NCBI GenBank assembly: GCA_963749345.1
Contig: CAVVMO010000001.1
Span: forward strand, 1,011,336-1,075,335
Source: an uncultured Bacteroidales bacterium
GTDB lineage: Bacteria > Bacteroidota > Bacteroidia > Bacteroidales > JAADJA01
Reading direction: 5' to 3'
Length of the DNA stretch: 64,000 nucleotides
The stretch's first letter is position 1. Each line of letters opens with the position of its first letter. Of the stretch, positions 40,521 to 49,377 are shown piece by piece. The position numbers and the translations under genes were made by a program. Under the pieces are notes generated by a model. That model saw only the letters and a program-made list of their open reading frames with translations, had not been told where the DNA came from and ran no database searches.

Positions 40521-40576
40521 GCCACACTATTATCTATTAAAAACTTAAAATAACTTTTAAACCTGAAAATTCAGAT

Positions 40577-41539
40577 ATGTACAAGAATGACGTTGAAGCG
40601 GTAGATGCATTCGTTGAAAAATATAAAACACTGCGTACGGAAATTGCCAAAGTAATTGTGGGGCAGGATCGGGTGGTTGAAGATGTCCTCATTGCAATAT
40701 TCAGTAAAGGACATGGATTGCTGGTGGGTGTTCCCGGGCTCGCAAAGACTTTGCTCGTGAATACCATTTCAAAAGTACTGGGATTAAGTTACAAAAGGAT
40801 CCAGTTCACCCCCGACCTTATGCCATCGGATATTTTAGGAACTGAAATTCTGGATGAGAACAGGCGGTTCAGGTTTATCAAAGGTCCGGTGTTTGCAAAT
40901 ATCATCCTCGCTGATGAAATAAACCGTACCCCCCCGAAAACACAGGCAGCATTGCTTGAAGCTATGCAGGAAAAAGCTGTAACTGTAGCCGGTGAAAGGT
41001 ATATTTTGGAAGAGCCATTTTTTGTTTTGGCCACTCAGAACCCTATTGAACAGGAAGGAACTTATCCTCTGCCTGAAGCACAACTCGATCGCTTCATGTT
41101 TAACATTTGGCTTGATTACCCTTCTTTTGAAGAAGAGATTAAAGTGGTAAAAACCACCACTACTGAGTATGAACCCGATCCGAAAGTTGTAATAACCGGT
41201 GCTGAAATACTTTACTTTCAGAACCTGATCAGGAAGATACCTGTTCCTGATAATGTATTTGAATATGCAGTAAAATTATCGGCAAAGACCCGGCCAGGCG
41301 TCAACGGATCGCATCAGTGGGCTGATAACTACCTGACCTGGGGAGCCGGTCCAAGATCTTCCCAATATCTGATCATTGGTGCAAAATGTTACGCTGTGAT
41401 CCATGGGAAATATTCACCCGACATCGAAGATGTGAAAGCAGTAGCTGCCAATGTATTGCGGCATCGTATCATCCGAAATTATAAAGCTGAAGCCGAAGGA
41501 ATTAAAGTTGAAGATATTATTCGTCAGTTGATCAGCTAA
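40577..41539 (+). CDS. MoxR-family AAA+ ATPase
   Basis: Contains GHGLLVGVPGLAKT (Walker A), ILADEINR (Walker B) and ATQNPIEQEGTYPLPEAQLDRF. Confidence 0.92.
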   Translation: MYKNDVEAVDAFVEKYKTLRTEIAKVIVGQDRVVEDVLIAIFSKGHGLLVGVPGLAKTLLVNTISKVLGLSYKRIQFTPDLMPSDILGTEILDENRRFRFIKGPVFANIILADEINRTPPKTQAALLEAMQEKAVTVAGERYILEEPFFVLATQNPIEQEGTYPLPEAQLDRFMFNIWLDYPSFEEEIKVVKTTTTEYEPDPKVVITGAEILYFQNLIRKIPVPDNVFEYAVKLSAKTRPGVNGSHQWADNYLTWGAGPRSSQYLIIGAKCYAVIHGKYSPDIEDVKAVAANVLRHRIIRNYKAEAEGIKVEDIIRQLIS

Positions 41540-41654
41540 AAATCTTCATCTGCTTTCGCCGGAAACCGAAATCCAAATTGATGGTCATCCTATATTCTGT
41601 ATTGGAAATTCTTTTACATTTGCATCAAATGAAATCAAAATTAAAAGAGGTAAT

Positions 41655-42668
41655 ATGATAGATTTATCAACGAAGTATTTAGGTCTGACGCTCACCAATC
41701 CAATAATCGTTGGAAGTTCAGGGCTTACTGATTCTCCTGAAAAAATCCAAAAACTCGAGGAAAATGGTGCTGCTGCTGTTGTTTTGAAATCAATTTTTGA
41801 AGAAGAAATCACCCATGAGTATGAAAAAATTGTAGCCGAAGAAGCTTCAAAGCGTTACAAGGATGAATTTCTTGATTACCTGGATTACCGTATAAAGTCT
41901 GAAAATATTGACAAGTATATCAAGCTGATCACCGGAGCAAAAAAGGTGGCCGGAATCCCGGTTATAGCAAGCGTAAATTGTGCTTCGAAACATGAGTGGA
42001 CCAATTTTGCTAAAGCTTTTGAGGATGCCGGAGCAGATGCTCTTGAGGTAAATCTTTTTATATTACCCTCCAACTTAACCAAAAGTCCCGAAGAAATCGA
42101 AAAAACATATTTTGAGATTGTGAGCAAGCTGAAAGAAAAGATAAAGATCCCCATTGCTTTGAAAATCAGTTATTATTTTACTTCCCTGGCGCAAACCATT
42201 CAAAAATTGTCATCATCTGGCGTTTCCGGCCTTGTGTTATTCAACAGGTTTTACAGCCCTGATATTGACATCGAAAAAATGACCATCACTTCCTCCAATG
42301 TTTTCAGCCAGCCCGATGAATTATCCATTTCACTCAGATGGATCGCCATTATGTCGAACCGGGTGAGTTGTGACCTGGCGGCTTCAACAGGAATTCATGA
42401 CGGCGGAGCAATAATCAAACAATTGCTGGCAGGTGCAAATGCTGTCCAGGTGGTTTCTTCCATTTACAATAAAGGTCCCGAAAAAATTCAAAACATGCTT
42501 AAGGATTTGAAAAAGTGGATGATCAGTAATAATTACACCTCCATCGATCAGTTCAGGGGAAAACTCAGCCAGGATAAAAGCGTAAATCCGGCCATTTACG
42601 AGCGGGTTCAGTTTATGAAGTATTTCAGCGACAGAGATAAGGGTTCCAGTCTGGAAGTTAGTTCCTGA
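41655..42668 (+). CDS. Dihydroorotate dehydrogenase-like (PyrD family) flavoprotein
   Basis: 337-aa ORF. The N-terminus is LSTKYLGLTLTNPIIVGSSGLT, followed by a TIM-barrel-like pattern. Confidence 0.7.
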   Translation: MIDLSTKYLGLTLTNPIIVGSSGLTDSPEKIQKLEENGAAAVVLKSIFEEEITHEYEKIVAEEASKRYKDEFLDYLDYRIKSENIDKYIKLITGAKKVAGIPVIASVNCASKHEWTNFAKAFEDAGADALEVNLFILPSNLTKSPEEIEKTYFEIVSKLKEKIKIPIALKISYYFTSLAQTIQKLSSSGVSGLVLFNRFYSPDIDIEKMTITSSNVFSQPDELSISLRWIAIMSNRVSCDLAASTGIHDGGAIIKQLLAGANAVQVVSSIYNKGPEKIQNMLKDLKKWMISNNYTSIDQFRGKLSQDKSVNPAIYERVQFMKYFSDRDKGSSLEVSS

Positions 42669-43110
42669 GTCTTACATCAATATAACCACCCTTGAAATAG
42701 TAACATTCCTTATCACAATCTTTGATGTTTTTCTTCATCTTCAGTTTATCACCATCAACAGCAAAAATAGTTTTACCACCATCTTTATATTCTGCAGTCA
42801 CTGAGTAGTATTTATCTGGTGGCACATCCACCGTGTATTCGGAACTGTAGGCTATGTCCATGTATTCGATTTCGTTACTCTCAATATCTCCCCTGTAAAT
42901 TACAAGCGGCACAGAGGGATTTTCGTTATTGATGGTTACCTTAATTTGAAGCGGGCCCCAGTCAGGCTTATCCTGATAACAGGTCGCACAGTCGAAAGAT
43001 TCCAATGGTTCATTTCTCTCACAACCTGCAAGAAATACAAGCGAAAAAATAAGAACTACAAATGACCATTTATTTACTAATTTTAAACCTGTAATAAAAT
43101 GATTACTCAT
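42658..43110 (-). CDS. Small lipoprotein, hypothetical
   Basis: The ORF is trimmed to the ATG at 43108-43110, giving a signal peptide plus lipobox (FLAGC). It is the last gene of the 45683 -> 42658 minus-strand cluster. Confidence 0.5.
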   Translation of the reverse strand: MSNHFITGLKLVNKWSFVVLIFSLVFLAGCERNEPLESFDCATCYQDKPDWGPLQIKVTINNENPSVPLVIYRGDIESNEIEYMDIAYSSEYTVDVPPDKYYSVTAEYKDGGKTIFAVDGDKLKMKKNIKDCDKECYYFKGGYIDVRLRN

Positions 43111-43160
43111 ATATTGCACTGTATAAATAACAAAATTTAAAAGTAAATATTCTAAAAACC

Positions 43161-44585
43161 TCACCACACCGGCTCCTCCTTCAGGGCTATTTTTCCTTTT
43201 CCCGAATTTATATTAAAACCAAACGAAAAGTTGATCCGGTTTCTCGATACATTCGGATTTTTCAGATTCATATATTCATAATTCAACTTTACATTGAAAG
43301 ACTGTGAACTCCAAAAAACACCAGCTTTTGGAACCAGCAAAAATGCATCTTCCGGTTTCCTTTCTGATCCCCGAAAATTCCCGTATGTATAGGCAATATT
43401 TAGCCCTGCGAATACTCCACTTTTCTTCCGAACCGTTTTTTTAATAACTGAAAATAATTTATTCGCTCCCACATGCATAACCGACCTGCTTTCCCAGAAC
43501 TGGTAATAAGTAGTTGGATTTATTTCGTAAAGAATAGTTCTTACCCCTGTTCTTGTTTTGTACCCCGCTTGAAACTCAATACCATATTTTGTTGAAGCAA
43601 AACCCAGGGTGCCACCGATCATAAAATCATCAAAATTTCCATTAAGATCCAAATTAACCATGACCCGGTCAACAAAAGGTGCCGGAAGATTACTTGCACC
43701 TTTTAGCTGAAGCAATTGCAGCATCTCGTTATCTGCAAATTCTTGTGCAAGGGTGTATTGATTTCTGGTACCCGAAATCTTATGGTCTGGATTAGCACCG
43801 CTTTGTATGAGCAATTCAGCTGTTTCATGGTGACGGTTGATAATAGCAAAAGACAACGCTGTCAGGTTGTCTTCATTCACGGTATCAACGACTGCACCGT
43901 TTTGTATATAAAGATCAGCCAGGTAACTGTAGCCTTTTTGAGCGGCAATCATCAATGGTGTAAATCCTTTGTTGTCACCCACGTTTGTTTTAGCCTGCTT
44001 TTCAATCAGCAACTCAGAGACTCCTGATGAGCCATAATAACTAGCATAATGCACAGCTGTGTTCCCCTTAACATCCTGCTTATTCAGATCAGCCTTGTAA
44101 AAGATCAGCATATCTGCCATGAGGGAATCGTTATAAGTGGCTGCTATCATAAGAGGTGTGATTCCATCCAAGTTTTTTGTGTTTACATCGGCTCCATTCA
44201 GGATAAGCGTATCTGCAATATACACATGACCAAACATACAGGCACCCAGCAATGCGCTGACATGATTTACCGGCAAAGTATTTTCATTTGCACCCTTGTG
44301 AAGGAGTATTCTTACCGTTTCCAGATGCCCGTTTTGTGCTGCATACATCAAGGGTGTCACTCCTTCATAGGAGGATTTGCAATTTACATCTGCACCTTTT
44401 TCAATCCATTTAATGACTTTGGTTGTATCTCCTTCACTTGAAGCCAGCAACAATTCCAGATTCGGATCGGGGATAGTTTGCGAAGTATCCGCTTCCGCAA
44501 TTTTATCATCATTCTGGGCAATACATATTACGGAGGTAAAAGTTAGTAAAAAAGCTGCAATAAGATTTACATCTACATACTTCAT
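43161..44585 (-). CDS. Ankyrin-repeat protein with a predicted C-terminal outer-membrane beta-barrel-like domain
   Basis: 474-aa ORF with a signal peptide and about 8 ankyrin repeats (for example GVTPLMYAAQNGHLETVRILLHKGANEN, GITPLMIAATYNDSLMADMLIFYKADLN, GFTPLMIAAQKGYSYLADLYIQNGAVVD). The last ~190 aa show an alternating hydrophobic beta-strand pattern ending in RINFSFGFNIN. Confidence 0.7.
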   Translation of the reverse strand: MKYVDVNLIAAFLLTFTSVICIAQNDDKIAEADTSQTIPDPNLELLLASSEGDTTKVIKWIEKGADVNCKSSYEGVTPLMYAAQNGHLETVRILLHKGANENTLPVNHVSALLGACMFGHVYIADTLILNGADVNTKNLDGITPLMIAATYNDSLMADMLIFYKADLNKQDVKGNTAVHYASYYGSSGVSELLIEKQAKTNVGDNKGFTPLMIAAQKGYSYLADLYIQNGAVVDTVNEDNLTALSFAIINRHHETAELLIQSGANPDHKISGTRNQYTLAQEFADNEMLQLLQLKGASNLPAPFVDRVMVNLDLNGNFDDFMIGGTLGFASTKYGIEFQAGYKTRTGVRTILYEINPTTYYQFWESRSVMHVGANKLFSVIKKTVRKKSGVFAGLNIAYTYGNFRGSERKPEDAFLLVPKAGVFWSSQSFNVKLNYEYMNLKNPNVSRNRINFSFGFNINSGKGKIALKEEPVW

Positions 44586-44663
44586 TTGCCCGTGAATTAA
44601 GTTCTACAACATCAATAACGTGGCAGATTTAAAGGTTCTTATTAAGGTTTGTTTTCAGCTTGA

Positions 44664-45683
44664 TTATTCATTACGCCAGGTATTTTTGTCGAATGTCACC
44701 CAATAAATATTCCCCAGGCCATTTTTAATTCCATCAGCCATTTGAAGGATAAGGCTCAATTTTCTGTGAGTTTTAACGGTGAATTCATCGCTTTTGCGCT
44801 GACTCGTAAAAAACAGGTATTTGCCGTCAGAAGAAACAAAAGGACAATAATCCAGTTCATTGGAATTGATAGCCTTACCTAAATTTACAGGCTTTGTCCA
44901 TGAATTATCCTCCGACCTATAAGCAATATAGAGATCGCCTCCACCCATGTCATCTTCCCTTCCAAGGGAGGAAAAAATCAGGTAGCTTTCATCAGGCGCA
45001 ATAAAAGCATTAAATTCATAAAAGGAAGAGTTAATCGATTCTCCCAGATTAATTGGTTGGGTATAGCTGCCGCTTTCGAACCGCGAAAAGTAAATGTCTT
45101 CCAGCCCAAAGGAATCGCTGTATTTGGCTGTGAAATAAAGGTTACCGTTAGATGCTATTGAGGGGAAATATTCATCTTCATCTGAATTAACCGGTGAACC
45201 AAGATTAATAGCATTTTCCCATCCCTTTTCAGGTTCAACATACCAGATGTCATAATCTCTTTTTTCAACACTCCCCGAAACAGGTCTTTTTGAAACAAAG
45301 AAAAGCTTTTTACCGTCAGGCGAAAAGGCTGGTTCCAGGTCTTTATATGCTCCTGAGAATGCCGCTGTTTCAGGCTCCGACCAGAAGAAACCATCAAAGG
45401 CCAGATAGGCTATCAGACTTAAATTGTTTGCCGGCATCACAATACTGTAAAACATCACATTTCCCGCAGGTGAAATTGTAAAGTCCCTTTCATTCCTCGA
45501 TGTCGAAACAATATCTGGCGAAAACACCTGGGGTACATTTCCGGGAGAAGCAAGCCCAAAATACTGCCAGTCAGTATCGCCTTTATGGGCCGGTGGTACT
45601 TTTTTTTGTGAAGGATCACAAGATAGGATGACAAAGGTTAGAGTAACTATCGACAACCACCACCTTAAACGATTTAAAATCAT
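44664..45683 (-). CDS. TolB-like / PD40 (WD40-like) beta-propeller lipoprotein
   Basis: The ORF is trimmed to the ATG at 45681-45683, giving lipobox ILSC. It has repeated PD40-type units (EPAFSPDGKKLFFVS, YFPSIASNGNLYFTA, AFIAPDESYLIFSS, CPFVSSDGKYLFFTS). Confidence 0.7.
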   Translation of the reverse strand: MILNRLRWWLSIVTLTFVILSCDPSQKKVPPAHKGDTDWQYFGLASPGNVPQVFSPDIVSTSRNERDFTISPAGNVMFYSIVMPANNLSLIAYLAFDGFFWSEPETAAFSGAYKDLEPAFSPDGKKLFFVSKRPVSGSVEKRDYDIWYVEPEKGWENAINLGSPVNSDEDEYFPSIASNGNLYFTAKYSDSFGLEDIYFSRFESGSYTQPINLGESINSSFYEFNAFIAPDESYLIFSSLGREDDMGGGDLYIAYRSEDNSWTKPVNLGKAINSNELDYCPFVSSDGKYLFFTSQRKSDEFTVKTHRKLSLILQMADGIKNGLGNIYWVTFDKNTWRNE

Positions 45684-45870
45684 AAAAATAATTTTTATTA
45701 TTACTAACAAAAATACGAAAGTAATATGAATTCAAACGCTCAAGGAATATTAAAGCTAAATCTCATTTTTGATGTGCTGTTAGTGAAATGATTTTGAATT
45801 TTTATGCACTATTCAACCTGATTTTATCAGTTTTGGAATAATCATTATTTTTGCAAGAGAAGAATTTATT

Positions 45871-45932
45871 AGCCCGTAGGGCTTCAATATCAATAGGATC
45901 AATAATCAAAAGAATTTTATTGTCCGTAGGAC
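45871..45932. repeat. Two REP-like hairpin units upstream of the RAYT gene
   Basis: AGCCC-GTA-GGGCT (45871-45883) and GTCC-GTA-GGAC (45922-45932). Each is preceded by AGAATTT(T)ATT and followed by (T/A)TCAA. Confidence 0.75.
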
Positions 45933-45953
45933 ATCAACAAAAACCAGAAAAAA

Positions 45954-46415
45954 ATGGCTAATACCCATACCCAACTGTATGTTCATTATGTTTTTGCTGT
46001 ACAGGACCGATTATGCCTCATCAATAATAAATGGCAGGATAACCTATACAAGTATATAAATGGTATTATTGATCAACAAGGACATAAGTTGTATGTGATA
46101 AACGGCATGAACGATCATATTCACATTTTAATAAGCATGACCCCAAAACAGGCTCCTTCCGATTTAATGTATCATTTGAAAAGAAGTTCATCATTGTGGA
46201 TAAACCAAAGCCGGCTATCGGCAGGGAAGTTTTCGTGGCAAGAGGGTTTTGGAGCCTTTTCTCTTGGGAAATCACAATTGCCCGAAAAAATAAAATACAT
46301 TGAAGACCAACAGCAGCACCATAAAAAAGAATCCTTTAGAGAAGAATACCTGAAGTTTCTTACAGAGAATGATATCGAATATGATGAACGCTACATTTTC
46401 AAGCCTGTTGAATAA
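45954..46415 (+). CDS. REP-associated tyrosine transposase (RAYT) / IS200-like Y1 transposase
   Basis: 153-aa ORF with an HUH motif (DHIHILIS) and the C-terminal YIEDQQQHH block typical of Bacteroidota IS200-like/RAYT proteins. Confidence 0.8.
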   Translation: MANTHTQLYVHYVFAVQDRLCLINNKWQDNLYKYINGIIDQQGHKLYVINGMNDHIHILISMTPKQAPSDLMYHLKRSSSLWINQSRLSAGKFSWQEGFGAFSLGKSQLPEKIKYIEDQQQHHKKESFREEYLKFLTENDIEYDERYIFKPVE

Positions 46416-46453
46416 ATATTGATTTTCCTGATTAAATTTGGGGCTATTGTTTA

Positions 46454-46516
46454 TTCCCTAAGGGAAAATGATCAAACGGAAAACTAATTGCTATGAATAT
46501 AAATGCCCTACGGGCA
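46454..46516. repeat. Two REP-like hairpin units downstream of the RAYT gene (inverted relative to the upstream ones)
   Basis: TTCCC-TAA-GGGAA (46454-46466) and TGCCC-TAC-GGGCA (46504-46516). GCCCTACGGGC is the reverse complement of the upstream GCCCGTAGGGC. Confidence 0.75.
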
Positions 46517-46706
46517 AGGGAATCAAACCTAATTACAATATATTTAAACCCTCTGAAATCCAGTCAAAATTATCACAGCACATCAAATTAGAATTCTGCC
46601 AATATTAACTTTTAGATCAATTTACACTGTATTTACTAACAATTAATTTCAGGCAATTTAGTCACTGCCTTAGTAACATTCTCCCTACTTTTGAAAAAAA
46701 TTAAGA

Positions 46707-49091
46707 ATGGCTCAGCCTTGTATTCATTGTGGGGAAGATTGTGGAAACTATCCGGTAATGTGGAATGATAAACCCTTTTGTTGCAATGGATGCAAAACCG
46801 TTTACCAGATCCTGAATGAAAAAGACCTCAAGCAATATTATGAAATTGCACCCATGCCGGGCATCAGGGTTGAAACCCAGGAGCAGGGAGAAAAATACGC
46901 CTATCTCGATCTTGATGAGATCAAAACCAAATTACTCGATTTCTCGGATGGAGGGATCAGCAAAATTACCTTCTTTGTTCCAGCCATTCATTGCGCTTCC
47001 TGCATTTGGCTGCTCGAACACCTCAGTATATTAAATCCTTCCATCACCCAATCCTTTGTTAATTTTCCAAAGAAAGAAGTCGTCATTAATTTTAAAGATA
47101 ATGAAATAACCCTTCGGGAAATTGTTGAATTGCTGGCTTCTATTCACTACATACCTGAAATAACCCTTGACCATCTCCAAAAAAGAAAAAAAACAAAAGG
47201 AAACAAGCAACTCATATTAAAGATAGGCATCACAGGCTTCGTGCTCATGAATGTGATGATGTATAATTTTCCCGAATACCTGCCGGGCGGGGAGTTACTC
47301 GAACCAGGATTTAAAAAGTTTTTTGGCTGGCTGAGTCTTATATTATCCATTCCTGTTGTTGTTTATTGCGCCAATGATTATTTCTTATCTTCCGTTAAAA
47401 GCCTCCGTCACAAAATCATCAGCATCGACCTGCCTATTGCTTTAGGAATATTAGCGCTTTTCCTTCAGAGTGCTTTTGACATTGTAACTGAGCAGGGAAC
47501 CGGTTACCTCGATTCCCTTTCAGGGCTTGTTTTTTTTATGCTGGTCGGAAAATGGTACCAGGGTAAAACTTACCAGGCACTATCGTTCGAGCGGGATTAT
47601 AAATCCTATTTTCCGGTGGCTGTAACTAAAATTGAACACGGGAAAGAATTTGTCATACCTCTTAATGAACTCAAAACCGGCGATCATATCCTCATCCGCA
47701 ATAAGGAGCTAATACCCGCTGATTCAAAGATTGTCGCGGGTGATGGTAATATTGATTATAGTTTTGTTACCGGCGAATCGCTTCCGGTTCGGAAGAACAA
47801 AGGGGATACGGTTTTTGCAGGCGGACGGCAGGCAGGAAGTTCAGTTGAACTGGAAATCATAAAAGTAGTGGAACAAAGCTATTTAACCCAGCTATGGAAC
47901 CAGGACAACAAAAGTGGCAAAGATGATCCGGGGATGAAAAGGATCATTGACGGGGTCAGTCAGTATTTCACTGTCATAATCCTTATTATCGCCGTAGCCG
48001 CAGGTATTTACTGGTTGTTCAACGACCCGTCCAAAGCTATCTTTGCTTTTACTTCGGTGTTGATTGTAGCCTGTCCGTGTGCCCTTGCTCTTACCCTGCC
48101 TTTTACCTTCGGGAGTACCATGCGTTATTTTGGACGGAACGGTTTCTACCTGAAAAAAACCCAGGTTGTTGAAGAGCTTTTCAAGGCCAACACCATTGTA
48201 TTTGACAAAACAGGTACCATCACCCATACCAAATCTATGGAAATTGATTTTGTTGGGCAATCACTTACAACGGACCAGATACGAATGATCAAATCCCTCG
48301 TCAGGCATTCAACCCATCCTTTAAGCGCTGCACTGTTTCAAAAGCTCGACGGAGATCAATATTATTCGGTGGATCATTTTAAGGAAATCCCTGGACTTGG
48401 CATTACGGGTGAAATAAATGGAGTAAAGATCAATGTGGGTTCACACAAGTTTGTCACCGGGAAGGAAGATGAAGAAAAAGGTCTTAAAACCCAGGTCTAT
48501 ATTTTTATAGGTGATAAGGTTCTCGGCTACTTCCAGCTTGAGAACAGTTACCGCAAAGGACTCAAAGAAATGATCACCCGCTTTTCCAAAAAATACGACC
48601 TCCATTTGTTAACAGGCGACAATGAAGCTGAAAAGACAAACCTTTTGCCATTGTTTCTGGTGGAAGACCGCATCCATTTTAACCAGTCACCCACCGACAA
48701 GCTGGCTTATGTAAAAAACCTTAAGAGTCAGGGCAAAAAAGTTTTGATGATCGGCGACGGGCTGAATGATGCCGGCGCTCTCAACGAAAGCAATGTGGGC
48801 ATCACCATTGCCGATGATGTGTATCATTTCTCCCCTGCCTGCGATGCCATCCTCGAATCATCAGGATTTGGTAAGCTCGAAAAATTTATCCGATTTACCC
48901 ACACCAGCATGAACATTGCCTATATCAGTTTCACGCTTTCTTTCATCTACAATGTTTTTGGCCTCTGGTTCGCGGTTCAGGGGTTGCTAACACCCATCTT
49001 CGCTGCTATCCTTATGCCCATCAGTTCTGTTTCGGTTGTAGCTTTTGCTACCCTTTCGATTGCTTTCCTTTCAAAGAGATCGCTGAAATAA
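46707..49091 (+). CDS. ccoI: Heavy-metal (copper) translocating P-type ATPase, CcoI/FixI type
   Basis: 794-aa ORF. The N-terminal Cys box is CIHCGEDCG...FCCNGCKTVYQIL. It also has CPC (VACPCALAL), DKTGT, HP (STHPLS) and GDGLNDAGAL. Confidence 0.85.
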   Translation: MAQPCIHCGEDCGNYPVMWNDKPFCCNGCKTVYQILNEKDLKQYYEIAPMPGIRVETQEQGEKYAYLDLDEIKTKLLDFSDGGISKITFFVPAIHCASCIWLLEHLSILNPSITQSFVNFPKKEVVINFKDNEITLREIVELLASIHYIPEITLDHLQKRKKTKGNKQLILKIGITGFVLMNVMMYNFPEYLPGGELLEPGFKKFFGWLSLILSIPVVVYCANDYFLSSVKSLRHKIISIDLPIALGILALFLQSAFDIVTEQGTGYLDSLSGLVFFMLVGKWYQGKTYQALSFERDYKSYFPVAVTKIEHGKEFVIPLNELKTGDHILIRNKELIPADSKIVAGDGNIDYSFVTGESLPVRKNKGDTVFAGGRQAGSSVELEIIKVVEQSYLTQLWNQDNKSGKDDPGMKRIIDGVSQYFTVIILIIAVAAGIYWLFNDPSKAIFAFTSVLIVACPCALALTLPFTFGSTMRYFGRNGFYLKKTQVVEELFKANTIVFDKTGTITHTKSMEIDFVGQSLTTDQIRMIKSLVRHSTHPLSAALFQKLDGDQYYSVDHFKEIPGLGITGEINGVKINVGSHKFVTGKEDEEKGLKTQVYIFIGDKVLGYFQLENSYRKGLKEMITRFSKKYDLHLLTGDNEAEKTNLLPLFLVEDRIHFNQSPTDKLAYVKNLKSQGKKVLMIGDGLNDAGALNESNVGITIADDVYHFSPACDAILESSGFGKLEKFIRFTHTSMNIAYISFTLSFIYNVFGLWFAVQGLLTPIFAAILMPISSVSVVAFATLSIAFLSKRSLK

Positions 49092-49284
49092 GTAACCGCT
49101 GAATCGCTATGAAGATGTTGCACTGCAAGTAATCTATTGCAAGTTTAAAAATAGGCGCTATCCGTGTCATAAAAATATGGATAAAATAAAATGCAACTTA
49201 TTAATTAGTGCAAATCCAGAATTTAGTTGATACTGATTTTTCTTTATTAGCGTGCATTCTATCAAAATGCCAAAACCATATTTG

Positions 49285-49326
49285 AAAGAAAAAACAAAGC
49301 GTGCAGCTACAATCCACACGCTTTTG
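49285..49326 (-). terminator. Rho-independent terminator downstream of the 1405-aa gene (hairpin usable in both directions)
   Basis: Stem AAGCGTG (49297-49303) pairs with CACGCTT (49317-49323). It is followed on the minus strand by TGTTTTTTCTTTC and on the plus strand by TTG. Confidence 0.6.
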
Positions 49327-49377
49327 TCTACTTTATAAAGTCTTCGCACTTTTATTTAGGCATTTATAATTTTTACT

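Larger units (their letters stand above)
45768..46587. mobile_element. RAYT cassette: an IS200-like Y1 transposase gene with flanking REP-like hairpins, bounded by a perfect 13-bp inverted repeat
   Basis: TTTGATGTGCTGT at 45768-45780 is the exact reverse complement of ACAGCACATCAAA at 46575-46587. Hairpins and the gene lie inside this 820-bp unit. Confidence 0.6.

Noticed and set aside
43716-44595. Three plus-strand ORFs (103, 130 and 72 aa) opposite the ankyrin gene
   Set aside because: The ankyrin-repeat frame is unambiguous. The antisense ORFs are Cys/His/Ile-rich artefacts of the repeat codon pattern.
45684-45710. Longer N-terminal extensions offered by the ORF track (45710 TTG; also 24307, 25728, 32962, 43167, 32040)
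   Set aside because: Internal ATG starts give proper signal peptides, lipoboxes or family-typical N-termini. The extensions add implausible residues.
49167-49349. 60-aa minus-strand ORF between ccoI and the giant gene
   Set aside because: It lies in an AT-rich spacer, overlaps the terminator hairpin, and has no motifs or signal.
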